62,943 nt of DNA, filler included, from Reclinomonas americana ATCC 50394 (GCA_048213135.1; 20 parts of 20 records of this genome joined end to end with filler, not necessarily neighbours in it), one strand, 5' to 3'; positions 22,384 through 33,585 are shown, counted from the whole stretch's first letter. The notes: generated by a model not told the origin, from the letters alone. Numbers and translations: made by a program.

Positions 22384-23584
22384 TCACTTATCGCAGTCGG
22401 CATTCTCCGAATTCCTCTTCTTCGTCTCCTTCTTCTTCTTCTTCTTCTTCTTCTTTCCCTTCTCTCCCCCCTCCCTCTCCTCCTCCTCCTCCGCCTCCGC
22501 CTCCTCCTCCTCCTTCTTCAACTTCATCACCAGTTCTTGCCGCGCGCGGCGCGAGTCGTCGCCCTCACCATCCGGCCACGGCGGCGCATAGACATATCGG
22601 ATCGCCCGCAGCACGTCAGCGTCGAGACCGCCCGGTTGCGCCTCCTCATCCTCCAACTCATAGGCGCACATGCGGCGGAGGGACTCCCACACAAGCGACG
22701 ACTCGCGGTAGCCGACACGTTTGTGCGCTGAGCTGAGCACCTGCATGAACAAATACTCGTCGACTTGCTGCCGCCGTCCGCCAGCTCCGTCGAGAATGCA
22801 CCGCAACAGGAGCCACATCCGAGACCGAACTGCAAAACAGCACATCATCAAAGGTGAAAACACCGGGACACACCAGCACAGTGGGCGGGCAACGAACCTC
22901 GCTCAGAAAGCCTCCCGTTTGCATTCATGGCACACACAATGTCCAGCAGCGGTCGGCCGACGTAGTCAATGACGAGCGTGACGTTGGTGAGCACTGACGC
23001 TGCGCACAAAAAGAGACACATATGTTAGTGCACGTCTCATCTTTTTCTTCTTCTTCTTTTTCTCTTCCTCTTCGTTTTCTTCTTCCTTTCCCTTTTCTCC
23101 TTCTTCTTCTTCCTCATCTTCTTCGTCAATAGCCAAAAAGAGAGACAAAGACTCACCATACGAAAGAGCCTCCAGCAGTGCGCCGACCAGAGAAAACAGG
23201 TACTCGTCGGCGGCATCTACATCGGCATCGGCATCGGCATCGGACACTGGCACAGAGTCCTCGTGCGCCAGGCAACATGCAGCGCGAAGAAACCGAGACC
23301 GCATCGCCTGTCCAAGCTATCCGTCGCTATTCTCGACGACCGTGATACACTGATTTCCGTGTACATCATCAGCCGTGCCCACGTGCGATCGTCCGGACCG
23401 GCGAAGATGCACTTTGATGCCACGACAAACTCGGCGAGCTGGCAGATGGCGCGCCTGCTGGCGTTCAAGTACACGAGGTCGTCTTCATCGTCATCGGAGG
23501 TTCTCTCACATTCACGACGCCAGCACAGATCTCGGTACTGTGCCCGAACAAATTTGCAAATGCGCCGTCCAATGTCATCTCGAA
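22384..23584 (-). CDS. Uncharacterised multi-exon protein (exon structure unresolved; possibly disrupted)
   Basis: Protein-like segments RDDIGRRICKFVRAQY..., MRSRFLRAACCLAH...LLEALSY|GTGAGT and VRSRMWLLLRCIL...poly-E/poly-K tail, with splice signals. One frame change is unexplained. Confidence 0.45.
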
Positions 23585-23797
23585 CTGCGAGAGAGAGAGA
23601 GAGAGAGAGTCAGTGGAATCGAAAAGAGCTGAGCACCCCCCAAAAAAATCTCGGTGACGCAACTCAGGAGAGCACCGCCAGTCCGAACCGTTTGCGTNNN
23701 NNNNNNNNNNNNNNNNNNNNNNNNNNNNNNNNNNNNNNNNNTTAATTAATTAANNNNNNNNNNNNNNNNNNNNNNNNNNNNNNNNNNNNNNNNNNNN

Positions 23798-24474
23798 ACC
23801 TTGGCGACCTCGTCGATGCCGTTGGCCTGTTCGCGCGCAGCCTCGGAGATATCGGCCAACACCTCGGCGACCAGCTTTGACGCATCGACGATGTCCGACA
23901 ACGCGGCGCCGGTGTCCTTCACCAGCTTGACGCCGCTCGATACCTCCAGGGTCGAGTTCGAGATCAGCTTCTTGATGTCGTTCGCCGAATCGCTCGAGCG
24001 CTGCGCCAGCGCCCGCACCTCCGAGGCGACGACGGCGAATCCTTTGCCGGCATCGCCCGCCCGCGCCGCCTCGACGGCGGCGTTGAGCGCGAGCAGGTTG
24101 GTCTGGAACGCGATGGCATCGATCACGGTGACGATCTCCGCGATGTCGCGCGAGGCCGTCTCGATGCGTTCCATCGCGCTCACCGCCTCGCCGACGATGG
24201 CGCCGCCGCGCTGCGCCTCGACCGCCTCGCCTCCGGCCAGCTGGGTCCAGAACCGGCCATAATCCGCCGAGGCCGCAATCTCAGGCTCGACGAAGATCCG
24301 GTGATGCTTGCCGACCACCTCTTCGCGCGCGTAACCGACCGTCCGCAGAAATATCTCGTTGGCCTCGATGATCGTGCCGGCAGTGTCGAATTCGATGACC
24401 GCCTGCGTGCGACGGATCGCAGCCGCCTCTCCGGCTCCGGTCGGCCCGCGGCCGATCAGCAGGTCAATTGCCAT
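23798..24474 (-). CDS. PAS-domain methyl-accepting chemotaxis protein (3' partial, apparent internal deletion)
   Basis: PAS segment ([20 protein letters not shown]...GKHHRIFV) and the MCP signalling hairpin [40 protein letters not shown]. Confidence 0.9.
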
Positions 24475-24805
24475 GGTCCGCCCCTTCGACCGCATCGCTG
24501 CGTGGAGAGGCGCCGGGCTGTTCGCTGCCATCGGCAGCCTGGGGCTCGCCCGTGGCGGTGAATTGATCGGCAATATCCTTGTAGGCGACAGAGTAATACG
24601 TCACCAGTGATTTGAACGACAATTCGAAGATGCGGATAAAGTTCGACAGGATGGCGATCTTGTCGTCGTCATGGATCTGCGCTTTCTCGATGATGTTCTT
24701 CATGAATTTGATTTCGGAATTCACCCTTGCGATGGCTTGCGTAAAGGCTTCGACATCCCTACTCTTTTTGAGAAGGACATGACTTTGCAGATCGATGATC
24801 GACAT
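24464..24805 (-). CDS. Hypothetical protein (113 aa)
   Basis: ATG preceded by a GGAGAGGGAAG RBS; packed between the EAL gene and the MCP gene in the same orientation. Confidence 0.7.
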   Translation of the reverse strand: MSIIDLQSHVLLKKSRDVEAFTQAIARVNSEIKFMKNIIEKAQIHDDDKIAILSNFIRIFELSFKSLVTYYSVAYKDIADQFTATGEPQAADGSEQPGASPRSDAVEGADHGN

Positions 24806-24818
24806 CTTCCCTCTCCGA

Positions 24819-25819
24819 TCAAATTCGGCGCTTCAGTGCTGTCTTGCGATTGAGAACTTGCAGTGACTGCCGGTGCGCATGGTGCAGGCGCTCGATCGCG
24901 GGTGCGTCCGCATCACACGGGGCCGGCGCGCCCAGAAGATAGCCCTGGGCCTCCCGGCAGCCTTCCTTGCGGATGTAGTCGAGCTGCTCTGACGTCTCGA
25001 CGCCCTCGACGACGGTTGTGATATCGAGTCGCCGGCCGAGATCGGCGACGAACTTGACCACGGCGGCGCTCTCTGGCTGCGTGGCGATGTGCCTGATGAA
25101 GGTGCCGTCGATCTTGACCTTGTCGAACCGGAACATCTGCAGATACGACAGCGAGGAATAGCCGGTCCCGAAATCGTCCAGCGCGATCCGCACCCCTATG
25201 TCGCGCAGGCGCCGCAGATCGTCGATGCAGCCCGTTTCCGAACCGAACAGGGCAGTCTCCGTCAGCTCGACCTCCAGCCGGTCAGGCGAAAGGCCGGACC
25301 TGACCAGGACCGCGAGGATGGTCGGAACCAGCGTGCCCTTGCCGAGCTGGTTGGCGGAGATGTTGACAGCGACGCGCGCGCCATCAGGCCACCGGGCCGC
25401 TTCGCGGGAGGCGCTCTGCAGCACGAACAAGCTCAGCTGCTCGATCAGCCCCCTCTGTTCCGCGATCGGGACGAATTGTGCCGGCGAGATCCAGCCCCTG
25501 TCTGGGTGGTGCCAGCGCACCAGCGCTTCACGGGCCGTCACGCGGCCCGTCTCGATGTCGACGATCGGCTGGTAGAAGACGAACAGTCCATCCTTCGTCT
25601 CGAGTGCAGAGCGCAGATCGGCCTCCAGCCGCAGGCGCTCCAGCACGCGCAGCTCCATCGCCGAGGAGAAGACGAGGACCTGCCCCTTGCCAGCAGCCTT
25701 GGCTGCGTAGAGGGCCATGTCAGCCCGCGTCAGCAGGAGATCGGCGGCATTGCCGTGCACCGGCGCCAGCGCGATGCCGACCGTGGCGCCAAGCTGGATG
25801 CTCCGGCCGTCCCGCAGGT
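24819..25819 (-). CDS. GGDEF-EAL c-di-GMP phosphodiesterase (5' partial)
   Basis: ADMALYAAKAAGK, YQPIVD, EALVRW, DDFGTGYSSLSYL, KIDGTF and VVEGVET motifs. Confidence 0.95.
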
Positions 25820-26065
25820 NNNNNNNNNNNNNNNNNNNNNNNNNNNNNNNNNNNNNNNNNNNNTTAATTAATTAANNNNNNNNNNNNNNNNNNNNNNNNN
25901 NNNNNNNNNNNNNNNNNNNCAGCCTGCTAGGATCTATCCCGACGGGCCTGCACCCGCAGATCGGCAAGCCGATTGCTCGACGTAGAGCAGCTCTTTCCTC
26001 GCGATGACGAACAGACCGACGATCGTGCTGCAGCAGGCCCACGGCGCCGCGAGGACGCGCCGGCC

Positions 26066-26093
26066 GAGGCTGCACCCCCCTCCGTGCAGCCTC
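26066..26093. terminator. GC-rich hairpin downstream of the response regulator
   Basis: Perfect 10-bp inverted repeat GAGGCTGCAC...GTGCAGCCTC; no U-tract. Confidence 0.35.
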
Positions 26094-26112
26094 CGGCGCC
26101 CCTGTTCGAAGG

Positions 26113-26763
26113 CTACGGCTCGATCAGCCTGTTGCGGATCGCGTAACGAGCCAGATCGACCGCCGTGCGCAGATTGAGCTTCTTCATCGCCGAGGTGCGG
26201 TGCGTGTCGACGGTCTTGATGCTGAGACCCCAGCGCCGCGCGATGGACTTGTTCGATTCCCCTTCCGCGACGAGCTGCACGACCTCGCGCTCACGGGCGG
26301 TCAATGTCTGCGACGCCACCGTCTTTTCGCTGCCGAGGAGCTGGTCCAGCAGGCATTTCGCCACCCGCTGCGAGAAATAGGTCTTCCCCTCCGCCAAGGC
26401 CCGGACGCTGGTGACAATCTCTCGGTCGTCTTCGGACTTGAGCAGATAGCCGCGCGCGCCGGCCTTCAGCGCGTCGTGAATCAGCCCGTCATCGTCATGC
26501 ATCGTATAGATCAGCATCCGGGTGTCGGGCAGGCTCCGGAGAACCTGCCGAACCGCCTCCAGCCCGTTCAGTATCGGCAGCGAGTGGTCGATCACCACGA
26601 CGTGGGGAGCATGTTCGAGCGTGAGGCGCACCGCCTCCTCGCCATTCCCGGCCTCGGCGCAGACATGCCAGCCCGGTTGGGTTTCGAGGATTGCCCTGAG
26701 GCCACCGCGCACGATGGGATGGTCGTCCACGACCAGTATCTTCAGCTCTCGTCTACCCATCAT
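26113..26763 (-). CDS. NarL/LuxR-family response regulator
   Basis: Receiver (ILVVDDHPIVRGGL) plus LuxR HTH (LTAREREVVQLVAEGESNKSIA). Confidence 0.96.
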   Translation of the reverse strand: MMGRRELKILVVDDHPIVRGGLRAILETQPGWHVCAEAGNGEEAVRLTLEHAPHVVVIDHSLPILNGLEAVRQVLRSLPDTRMLIYTMHDDDGLIHDALKAGARGYLLKSEDDREIVTSVRALAEGKTYFSQRVAKCLLDQLLGSEKTVASQTLTAREREVVQLVAEGESNKSIARRWGLSIKTVDTHRTSAMKKLNLRTAVDLARYAIRNRLIEP

Positions 26764-26813
26764 GCTCGGGTCTCGACTTGCTCGCCGCAGTCTCGGTTGT
26801 CGCTTTCACAGAA

Positions 26814-28520
26814 TCAAGCGGGCCGGCACGCCGTGTCCGAAGCAGATGGCAGCGCGCGCGACCGGACCTCTTCAGCCTGGTCGACCTCGGCCAGCGGCAG
26901 TCGCAGCCGGATCGTCGTTCCTTTTCCTTGCTCGCTCGTGATCTCCAGACTCCCGTGGCTGTCGTCGATGAAAGTCTGGACTTGGCTGAGCCCCAGGCCA
27001 CTGCCCTGTCCGGCCGTCTTGGTGGTGAAGAAGGGATCCAGGGCCTGGCCGAGGATCGCTTCCGACATGCCCTGCCCGTTGTCTGACACGCGGATTTCGC
27101 TCCAGCCCAGCCCGTCTTGTCCCAGAGCCCGCTCGTCCCGAATCTCGAGAAACACCGTCCCCCCGCTCGGCATCGCGTCGCGCGCATTCAGGATCAGGTT
27201 CAGCAGGACGGCGAGAAACTGGGGGCGATCGATCCGGCACGGCAGAGCCGACGACGCAGTCGACAGGCTGACTTCCACCTTCGGCCCGGCAGCACGATGA
27301 AGCATCGGCAGCGCCTCGGAGATGACGAGGTTCAGATCGTTGACACCGGGCGCGCGATGGCCCGTGCGGGCATGCGACAGCAATTGGGTGACCAGTTCGC
27401 CACCGACGGTGAGGGTGGCGTCGATCTGATCCAGCAACTCGCCCGCCTTCTGCCGGTCCGCCACCTCAGGGCGCAGCAACAGGACGGCGGATCTGATGAT
27501 CCTCTGCAGATTTCCGACGTCATGTGCCACTCCCGCTGCGAAACGGCCGATCGATTCGAGCCGCTCCGCCTCCGCCAGGCGCGCTTTGGCCCGTTCCTCC
27601 TGCAGCCGATGCCGCCGCGTCAACGTCTCGATGCCTGCGAACATCACGATGATGGTCGCCGCTCCGACGCCCGTCACCGTCATATGCGTGCGCCAGGCGC
27701 GCATGACGACGGCCTTGCTCATCGTCACGAGCATCACGAGCGGCAGGTTCTCAAGCGCCCTGAAGCTTGCCACCCGCTCGATTCCGTTGATCGGGCTCGT
27801 CCCCCAGAAGACCTCTGGAGCGCTCCCGTCCTGAAATCGCCTGAAGGTTTCCCGCCCCGCGGCCGAGGTGCCGATCAAGGCGTGGATATGCGGTGAGCGG
27901 GCGAGCTCGACGCCATCCTTGCGGAACAGCGCGACGTTACCACCGCCGATCCAGAGCTGGCTGTAGAAGCGCTCGAAATACATCGGATCCACCAGGGCCA
28001 CCGCAACTCCCGCGAAACGGCCGTCAAGTGCGTCGATCCGGCGCGACAGCGCGATGATCCAATCTCCGGATGTGCGGCTGCGCAAGGGCGCATCGATATA
28101 CAGCCCGGCCGAAATGTCGTCTCGTTGCACTGCAAAATAGGCGCGATCAGCCACATTGGTCCGCAGCGTCGCCGCGTAATTCGTGTCCTGCGAGACAAGG
28201 CCGTCTGCTCCGACCACGAACAATGCGCGCACGAAAGGCAAGGTGCTCAAGCGCTTACGCATCTCGGCGATGAAACGGGGGTCGTTGTCGGTCAGGTTGG
28301 GTGTGCCCGCCGCTTCCGCGGCCACGCTTTGAAGGCTCAGATCGATTGACTGGATGGTGCGGGCCGTCTGCTCGGACAGGAGCTTCACCAGGTTGACGAC
28401 GTTGCGCTCTGCCTCCTCCTGCGCGGCGAGATGGCTGCGCCAGGTCTCGAATGCCAGCAAACCCAGAATGCCCAGCACCAGAAGCAGCGCCGATGTCGGG
28501 CGGTGTAACACGGTCACCAT
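26814..28520 (-). CDS. Membrane sensor histidine kinase with Cache-type periplasmic domain
   Basis: Two TM segments, VADRAYF Cache motif, H-box GVAHD, N-box NLILNARDAM and G-boxes DNGQGM / FFTTK / GSGLGL. Confidence 0.95.
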   Translation of the reverse strand: MVTVLHRPTSALLLVLGILGLLAFETWRSHLAAQEEAERNVVNLVKLLSEQTARTIQSIDLSLQSVAAEAAGTPNLTDNDPRFIAEMRKRLSTLPFVRALFVVGADGLVSQDTNYAATLRTNVADRAYFAVQRDDISAGLYIDAPLRSRTSGDWIIALSRRIDALDGRFAGVAVALVDPMYFERFYSQLWIGGGNVALFRKDGVELARSPHIHALIGTSAAGRETFRRFQDGSAPEVFWGTSPINGIERVASFRALENLPLVMLVTMSKAVVMRAWRTHMTVTGVGAATIIVMFAGIETLTRRHRLQEERAKARLAEAERLESIGRFAAGVAHDVGNLQRIIRSAVLLLRPEVADRQKAGELLDQIDATLTVGGELVTQLLSHARTGHRAPGVNDLNLVISEALPMLHRAAGPKVEVSLSTASSALPCRIDRPQFLAVLLNLILNARDAMPSGGTVFLEIRDERALGQDGLGWSEIRVSDNGQGMSEAILGQALDPFFTTKTAGQGSGLGLSQVQTFIDDSHGSLEITSEQGKGTTIRLRLPLAEVDQAEEVRSRALPSASDTACRPA

Positions 28521-29025
28521 AGGCGCCGCCTTTCACCGGGCGGCTCATGTCGCTGCATGCCCATCACTTCGGGAGAAATCTGAATCGTTTCAAAACGCAG
28601 ACGTGCACTGGTCCTTTATTCTATCGCATCATCTTCGCGCCAGCCGATATCCACTTTGCGCGACGACCATACTGGCAGGCCTTGATGACGGTTCGAAATC
28701 AGGTCGATACCCTATGCATTCTCGGTGGAATGCCGATCCGTCTCCCAGCCGGTGAAGGCAGCGAACGACATCGGCTGCTGCCCGTTATCCTTCCGTTGGG
28801 CAGAATATCTGGCGAGCTCGAACAGGATGCCCGCTGCCAATCCGAGTGCCAACGGAGGATGAGCCTCGGCCGTTGAAGTCTTCAACGGGACCGAGGTGGA
28901 AACCGGCACCGAGAATGAAGCGAAGGGCAAGAACGGGCGTCAGCTTTCGGCGGCAGGCGCGCGACCGACCTGCGGGCGGCCCCAATGGAATTACGCGCGA
29001 AGCAATTGGGTTGAGATCGAGGAAG

Positions 29026-29115
29026 TGGCGGACAGGGAGGGATTTGAACCCCCGATACCCTTGCAGGTATGCCGCATTTCGAGTGCGGTGCATTCAACCA
29101 CTCTGCCACCTGTCC
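29026..29115 (-). tRNA. tRNA-Ser (CGA)
   Basis: 90-nt cloverleaf GGACAGGTGGCAGAGTGG...CCGCA-CTCGAAA-TGCGG, long variable arm, GGTTCAAATCC and encoded CCA. Confidence 0.97.
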
Positions 29116-29458
29116 GCGGTCGCTCTGGTCGAGGCGGGGTGCTTACTACACATTGCATCCGCCCGGCACAAGCCTTTCCGGAACGATACGTCCACAACGC
29201 CGTCATCGCCCCTGAAATCCGGCGCTGCCATGCTGCTTTTCCTTGACGCAGCGCCCCGGCACGACTAGGAAGCCGCGTCCGGCGTGGGGAAACCCGCGCC
29301 TGATCTCTTTTGGCTGCCGCCAACCATGCCGCTTCGATGCGGCGAGTGCAGCGGCCTTGAAGAGCGAACCCGACCACGCAACCGACTGCCAAAAAGCCGT
29401 CCCGCGTGCGCCCTCTGGGGCACATGACCGGGCGGGGCTCAACATGGAGAACACTAAG

Positions 29459-30154
29459 ATGTTCGCAGTCATCAAGACCGGCGGCAAGCAGTTCCGCGTC
29501 GCCGCCAACGACCGCATCACCGTCGCCAAGATCGAGGGCAACCCGGGCGACACCGTCGCTTTCGGCTCCGTCCTGATGCTGACCGATGGCGAGAAGTCGA
29601 CGATCGGCGCTCCCTTCCTCGGCGACATCACCGTCGCCGGCGAGATCGTCGAGCAGGCCCGCGGCGAGAAGGTCATCGCCTTCAAGAAGCGCCGCCGCCA
29701 GAATTCCAAGCGCAAGCGCGGCTTCCGCGCCGAGCTGACCGTCGTGCGCATCACCGACATCCTCACCGGCGGCAAGAAGCCGGAGATGAAGAAGGGCGAA
29801 GCCGCCCCGGTCGCGCTCAAGGCCGGCAGCGAAACCGTCAAGGGCAAGGCTGCGGCCAAGCCGGCGAAGGCCAAGACCGAAACCAAGGCCGAAGGCCTCG
29901 ACGCCTCCAACCTCTCGTTGATCTCGGGCGTCGGCCCGACCATCGAGAAGAAGCTGCGCGCCGCCGGCATCACCTCCTGGAACGACATCGCCGCCTGGAC
30001 CGAGGCCGATATCGCCAAGTGGGACGAGGAGCTGAAGCTGCGCGGTCGCGCCACCCGCGAGGAGTGGGTCGAGCAGGCCAAGGAGCTGCTCGCCGGCAAG
30101 CCGCCGCGGGCCAAGGCCGATCAGGCCGAGCTCGCTTCCGGCGAAGACTACTGA
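29459..30154 (+). CDS. rplU: 50S ribosomal protein L21 with C-terminal helix-hairpin-helix-like extension
   Basis: MFAVIKTGGKQFRV...FKKRRRQNSKRKRGFR with a GGAGA RBS; followed by rpmA. Confidence 0.98.
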   Translation: MFAVIKTGGKQFRVAANDRITVAKIEGNPGDTVAFGSVLMLTDGEKSTIGAPFLGDITVAGEIVEQARGEKVIAFKKRRRQNSKRKRGFRAELTVVRITDILTGGKKPEMKKGEAAPVALKAGSETVKGKAAAKPAKAKTETKAEGLDASNLSLISGVGPTIEKKLRAAGITSWNDIAAWTEADIAKWDEELKLRGRATREEWVEQAKELLAGKPPRAKADQAELASGEDY

Positions 30155-30253
30155 CCGGCGCTGACAGGCACCGCGCAGCTTCACGCCCGATCGGGGTGGC
30201 TTTCGCCGCCGATTCGGGTTACATGGACTGAAGAGTTTTTGAGGTAGGGCGTT

Positions 30254-30520
30254 ATGGCTCACAAAAAGGCAGGCGGTTCGTCGCGCAACGGTCGCGACTC
30301 CGAAAGCAAGCGTCTCGGCGTGAAGCGCTTCGGCGACCAGGCGGTCGTGGCCGGCAACATCATCATTCGTCAGCGCGGCACCAAATGGCACGCCGGCGTG
30401 AACGTCGGCATGGGCAAAGACCATACGCTCTTTGCCACGTCGAACGGTCGCGTCCGATTCACGACGAAGCTCGGCCGAGCTTTCGTGAACGTAGTCCCGG
30501 CCCAAGAGGCCGCAGAATAA
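30254..30520 (+). CDS. rpmA: 50S ribosomal protein L27
   Basis: [24 protein letters not shown]. Confidence 0.99.
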   Translation: MAHKKAGGSSRNGRDSESKRLGVKRFGDQAVVAGNIIIRQRGTKWHAGVNVGMGKDHTLFATSNGRVRFTTKLGRAFVNVVPAQEAAE

Positions 30521-30674
30521 ACGGCGGATAGGGAATGTTCTCGATCCGCCGGTTCCATCGAACCGGACGGATCAAGGGAATAAGAGCCCGCAAGCGGGTT
30601 TCCCGAAGGTCAGCGAGGGGGAGATGGGACCAAAGCCCAGCTCCCCCTTTCGTTTGCGCCGACGGAGAGACCCG

Positions 30675-30989
30675 ATGTTCCCCGAATTGACGAGAGACGA
30701 CGTCTTCCGGCTCGAGACCAGGCGGCTGTGGCTGCGCTGGCCGCGGATCGCCGATGCCACCGCCATCCTGCGTCTCGCCGGCGAGAAGGCCGTGGCCGAG
30801 ATGACCGCGGCGATTCCGCATCCCTACCCGACCCAGGCGGTCGATCCCTTCGTCTTCGCAACGCGCAAGGGCAATGCGCTCGGCGAGCACCTCGTGCTGG
30901 CGATCACCCCGCGTGAGAAGCCGAACGAGCTGATCGGCATGATCGGCGCGCACAAGCAGGCGACCGGACGGCCATTCATCGGCTACTGG
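30675..30989 (+). CDS. GNAT (RimJ/RimL-like) N-acetyltransferase (3' partial)
   Basis: RLETRRLWLRWPR...IPHPYP...IGYW with a GGAGA RBS; usual position after rpmA in Hyphomicrobiales. Confidence 0.88.
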
Positions 30990-31089
30990 NNNNNNNNNNN
31001 NNNNNNNNNNNNNNNNNNNNNNNNNNNNNNNNNTTAATTAATTAANNNNNNNNNNNNNNNNNNNNNNNNNNNNNNNNNNNNNNNNNNNN

Positions 31090-32072
31090 TTGAGATTGCC
31101 GAGCGAACGCATCGGCTGCGCGGCAAGCAGCAGCGCCGAGACATAGCCGGTGAAGTCGCCGACGGTGGAGCTGCCGGAGGTGATGCGCACGCCGATCGCC
31201 GCTAGCACGCCGGCGACCGCGAGCCCGCCGGCGACCTCGAGCAGCGGGTCGAGCCGGCCGCGGGCATTGGCCGCCTTCATCTTCAGCGTCCGGATCGTCT
31301 CGAAGGCACCCGCCGCGCGCTCCTTGAGATAGGGCTCGAGCGAGTCGGTCTTGGCGACGCGCGCGCCCTGCAGGCTCTCGGTGACCAGGCTCGCCATGAT
31401 GCCGGTCTGCTCCTGCTGCGACATCGCCATCCGACGCAGCTTCTTGCCGATCCGGCCGATCGGCCGGGCGACGATGGGGGCGATCAGAAGGACGACCGCC
31501 GTCATCTTCCAGTCGATCCAGAGCATGGCGCCGACGAGCGCCACCGCCGTCAGCACGTCGCGAATCGCGATGTTGACCAGCCGCGTCAGCGCCTCCTTGA
31601 CGAAGGTGAAGTCGGTGGTGAAGCGCTGCGTGAGCGAGGCCGGATTCTCCCTTTGCAGCTGCGCCAGGTCGGCGTCGATCAGATGGGCGTAGAGCGCGCT
31701 CTGCATGTCCGCCTCGATCCGGCTGACGACGCTGTTGGTCATCACCGTCTGGGTCAGCAGCGAAAAGCCCTTGATCGCGGTGACGATCACCACGACGACC
31801 GCGACGGCATTGACGACGCCGATCTCGAAATCGATCGATTTCGAGACCAGCCGTTCCATCCGGCGCACGAAGCCGGTCGCCTCGGCCCCGATCGGGTCGG
31901 CGAAGGCATCGAAGGCCGCCTTGATCAGCAGGGGATAGAAGCTCGTCGTCGCCGCGATGACCACGACGAGGGCGAGGATGGTGAGCATTTGCGGCAGGTA
32001 GTGCCGTCCGCGCTCGCGCCAGACTCGGGCGAAGAGCGCAAGGGTGTCGTCGGTGACGCGGCCGATCTTCAT
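31090..32072 (-). CDS. MsbA-like ABC transporter permease/ATP-binding protein (3' partial)
   Basis: Six-TM ABC membrane domain (ESLQGARVAK, TVGDFTGYV...QPMRSLGNL). Confidence 0.88.
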
Positions 32073-32303
32073 GGGGCGCGGCCTAACATGGCCGCCATGC
32101 GAGCGCCACTGCCGGTCTTGCTCCGGACACGAAGCTGACGTCCGATGGCATGAGTTGATTCACCAGATTCGAGAGCACATGCCCCTTTCCCCGCCGGCCC
32201 GGCNNNNNNNNNNNNNNNNNNNNNNNNNNNNNNNNNNNNNNNNNNNNTTAATTAATTAANNNNNNNNNNNNNNNNNNNNNNNNNNNNNNNNNNNNNNNNN
32301 NNN

Positions 32304-32501
32304 CTTGACCTTGCCGCCGGCCTCGTTGACCACCTTCTCGATCACCGGGGTCAACTGCTTGCACGGGCCGCACCACGGCGCCCAGAAATCGACCAGCACC
32401 GGCTGGTTCATCGATTCGGCGATGACGTCCTGGCGGAAGCCCTGCGTCGTCGTGTCCTTGATCGCCCCCTTGGCCGGGGCCGTATCGCCATTGACCAGCA
32501 T
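32304..32501 (-). CDS. Thioredoxin-domain protein, YbbN/CnoX-like (3' partial)
   Basis: [19 protein letters not shown]. Confidence 0.9.
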
Positions 32502-32587
32502 GGCTCGTCCTTCACCTAGCAATCTGTCGGTACTGAAACCGGAAACCGGATGCCCGTCGCGGCGGGCCACCCCATAGATGGGTGGCT

Positions 32588-33115
32588 TCAGCCGTTCTGT
32601 CCATCGTCCGGCGGCGTCGGAAGGTCAACGATCATCGGCTCGTGTCCGACCGCGCGCAGGAAGGCGAGCATATCGTCCCTGGAGATGCCGAGCGTCGCCG
32701 TGTTGACCAGCGGATGGAAATTCAGGCGCTCGCCATCCATCAGCGCGGCATCGAGCACCATGGTGACGTCTCCGCCATGGTCGTTGGCCACGGCGAAGGC
32801 GGTGACCGAGCCCGGCGTGACACCGAGCTTCTCCATCAGCAGCTCCGCGGAACCGAAGGAGAGCCGCCCGCTGGCACCGAGCCGTTCATGCAGCCGCTTC
32901 AGGTCGATCCTCGTGCTCTCCAGCGCCGAGACCAGGAAGATCCGTCCCTTCTTGTCCTTCAGGAACAGGTTCTTGGTGTGGTGGCCGGGAACCTTGCCGC
33001 GCAGTTCCTTCGATTCGGCGACAGTGAAGACGGCGACATGGTCGATGCGCTCGGTCTTGATGCCGAGCTCCTCGAGCTTGGCGATGAGATCGTCAGGAGA
33101 GAGCGGCGTGGGCAT
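32588..33115 (-). CDS. YbaK/ProX-family prolyl-tRNA editing protein
   Basis: [32 protein letters not shown] and [10 protein letters not shown] motifs. Confidence 0.93.
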   Translation of the reverse strand: MPTPLSPDDLIAKLEELGIKTERIDHVAVFTVAESKELRGKVPGHHTKNLFLKDKKGRIFLVSALESTRIDLKRLHERLGASGRLSFGSAELLMEKLGVTPGSVTAFAVANDHGGDVTMVLDAALMDGERLNFHPLVNTATLGISRDDMLAFLRAVGHEPMIVDLPTPPDDGQNG

Positions 33116-33484
33116 GATCGGCCAGCAAGAACTAGGGACGCTGCGCGATGCCTAAGGCCGGAGGCCGGTGCAGGCAAGCGGCGCAGAGGGCGAAAGCAGC
33201 AGCTCAGGCTCGTCATCTCGATGCCTACGCAGAACGTGATCGCCCCTTGAGGACCATGACGGGGTATCGCCCCTGCAATTGGCGATTCTCGTCCCCCGCA
33301 TCGCCTGCCTGGGCGATCCAGCCACCAGCGCAGCCGAAACATCGCTCGGAAACAGGCGGTTTTCCCGACGATTTTGCTGGGCTATCGCGCGACGATCAGA
33401 AAATTTCAACAAGGCGCTTGCGCTTCCCGCCGCTTTGGGGCAATAACCCGGCCGCGCCGCCAAAACGGCGCGACTGTCTCGGAT

Positions 33485-33559
33485 GCGGGTGTAGCTCAGG
33501 GGTAGAGCACAACCTTGCCAAGGTTGGGGTCGAGGGTTCGAATCCCTTCGCCCGCTCCA
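33485..33559 (+). tRNA. tRNA-Gly (GCC)
   Basis: 75-nt cloverleaf GCGGGTGTAGCTCAG...CAACC-TTGCCAA-GGTTG...GGTTCGAATCC...CCA. Confidence 0.98.
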
Positions 33560-33585
33560 GACAATCTCAAGAAAATCAAGCGCTT

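Noticed and set aside
25920..29025. Genomic island integrated at tRNA-Ser
   Set aside because: No integrase or duplicated tRNA 3' end is visible in the contig.
28991..30505. Long antisense ORFs (also 52044-53336, 60588-62423, 49769-50959)
   Set aside because: Shadow frames of high-GC genes on the opposite strand.
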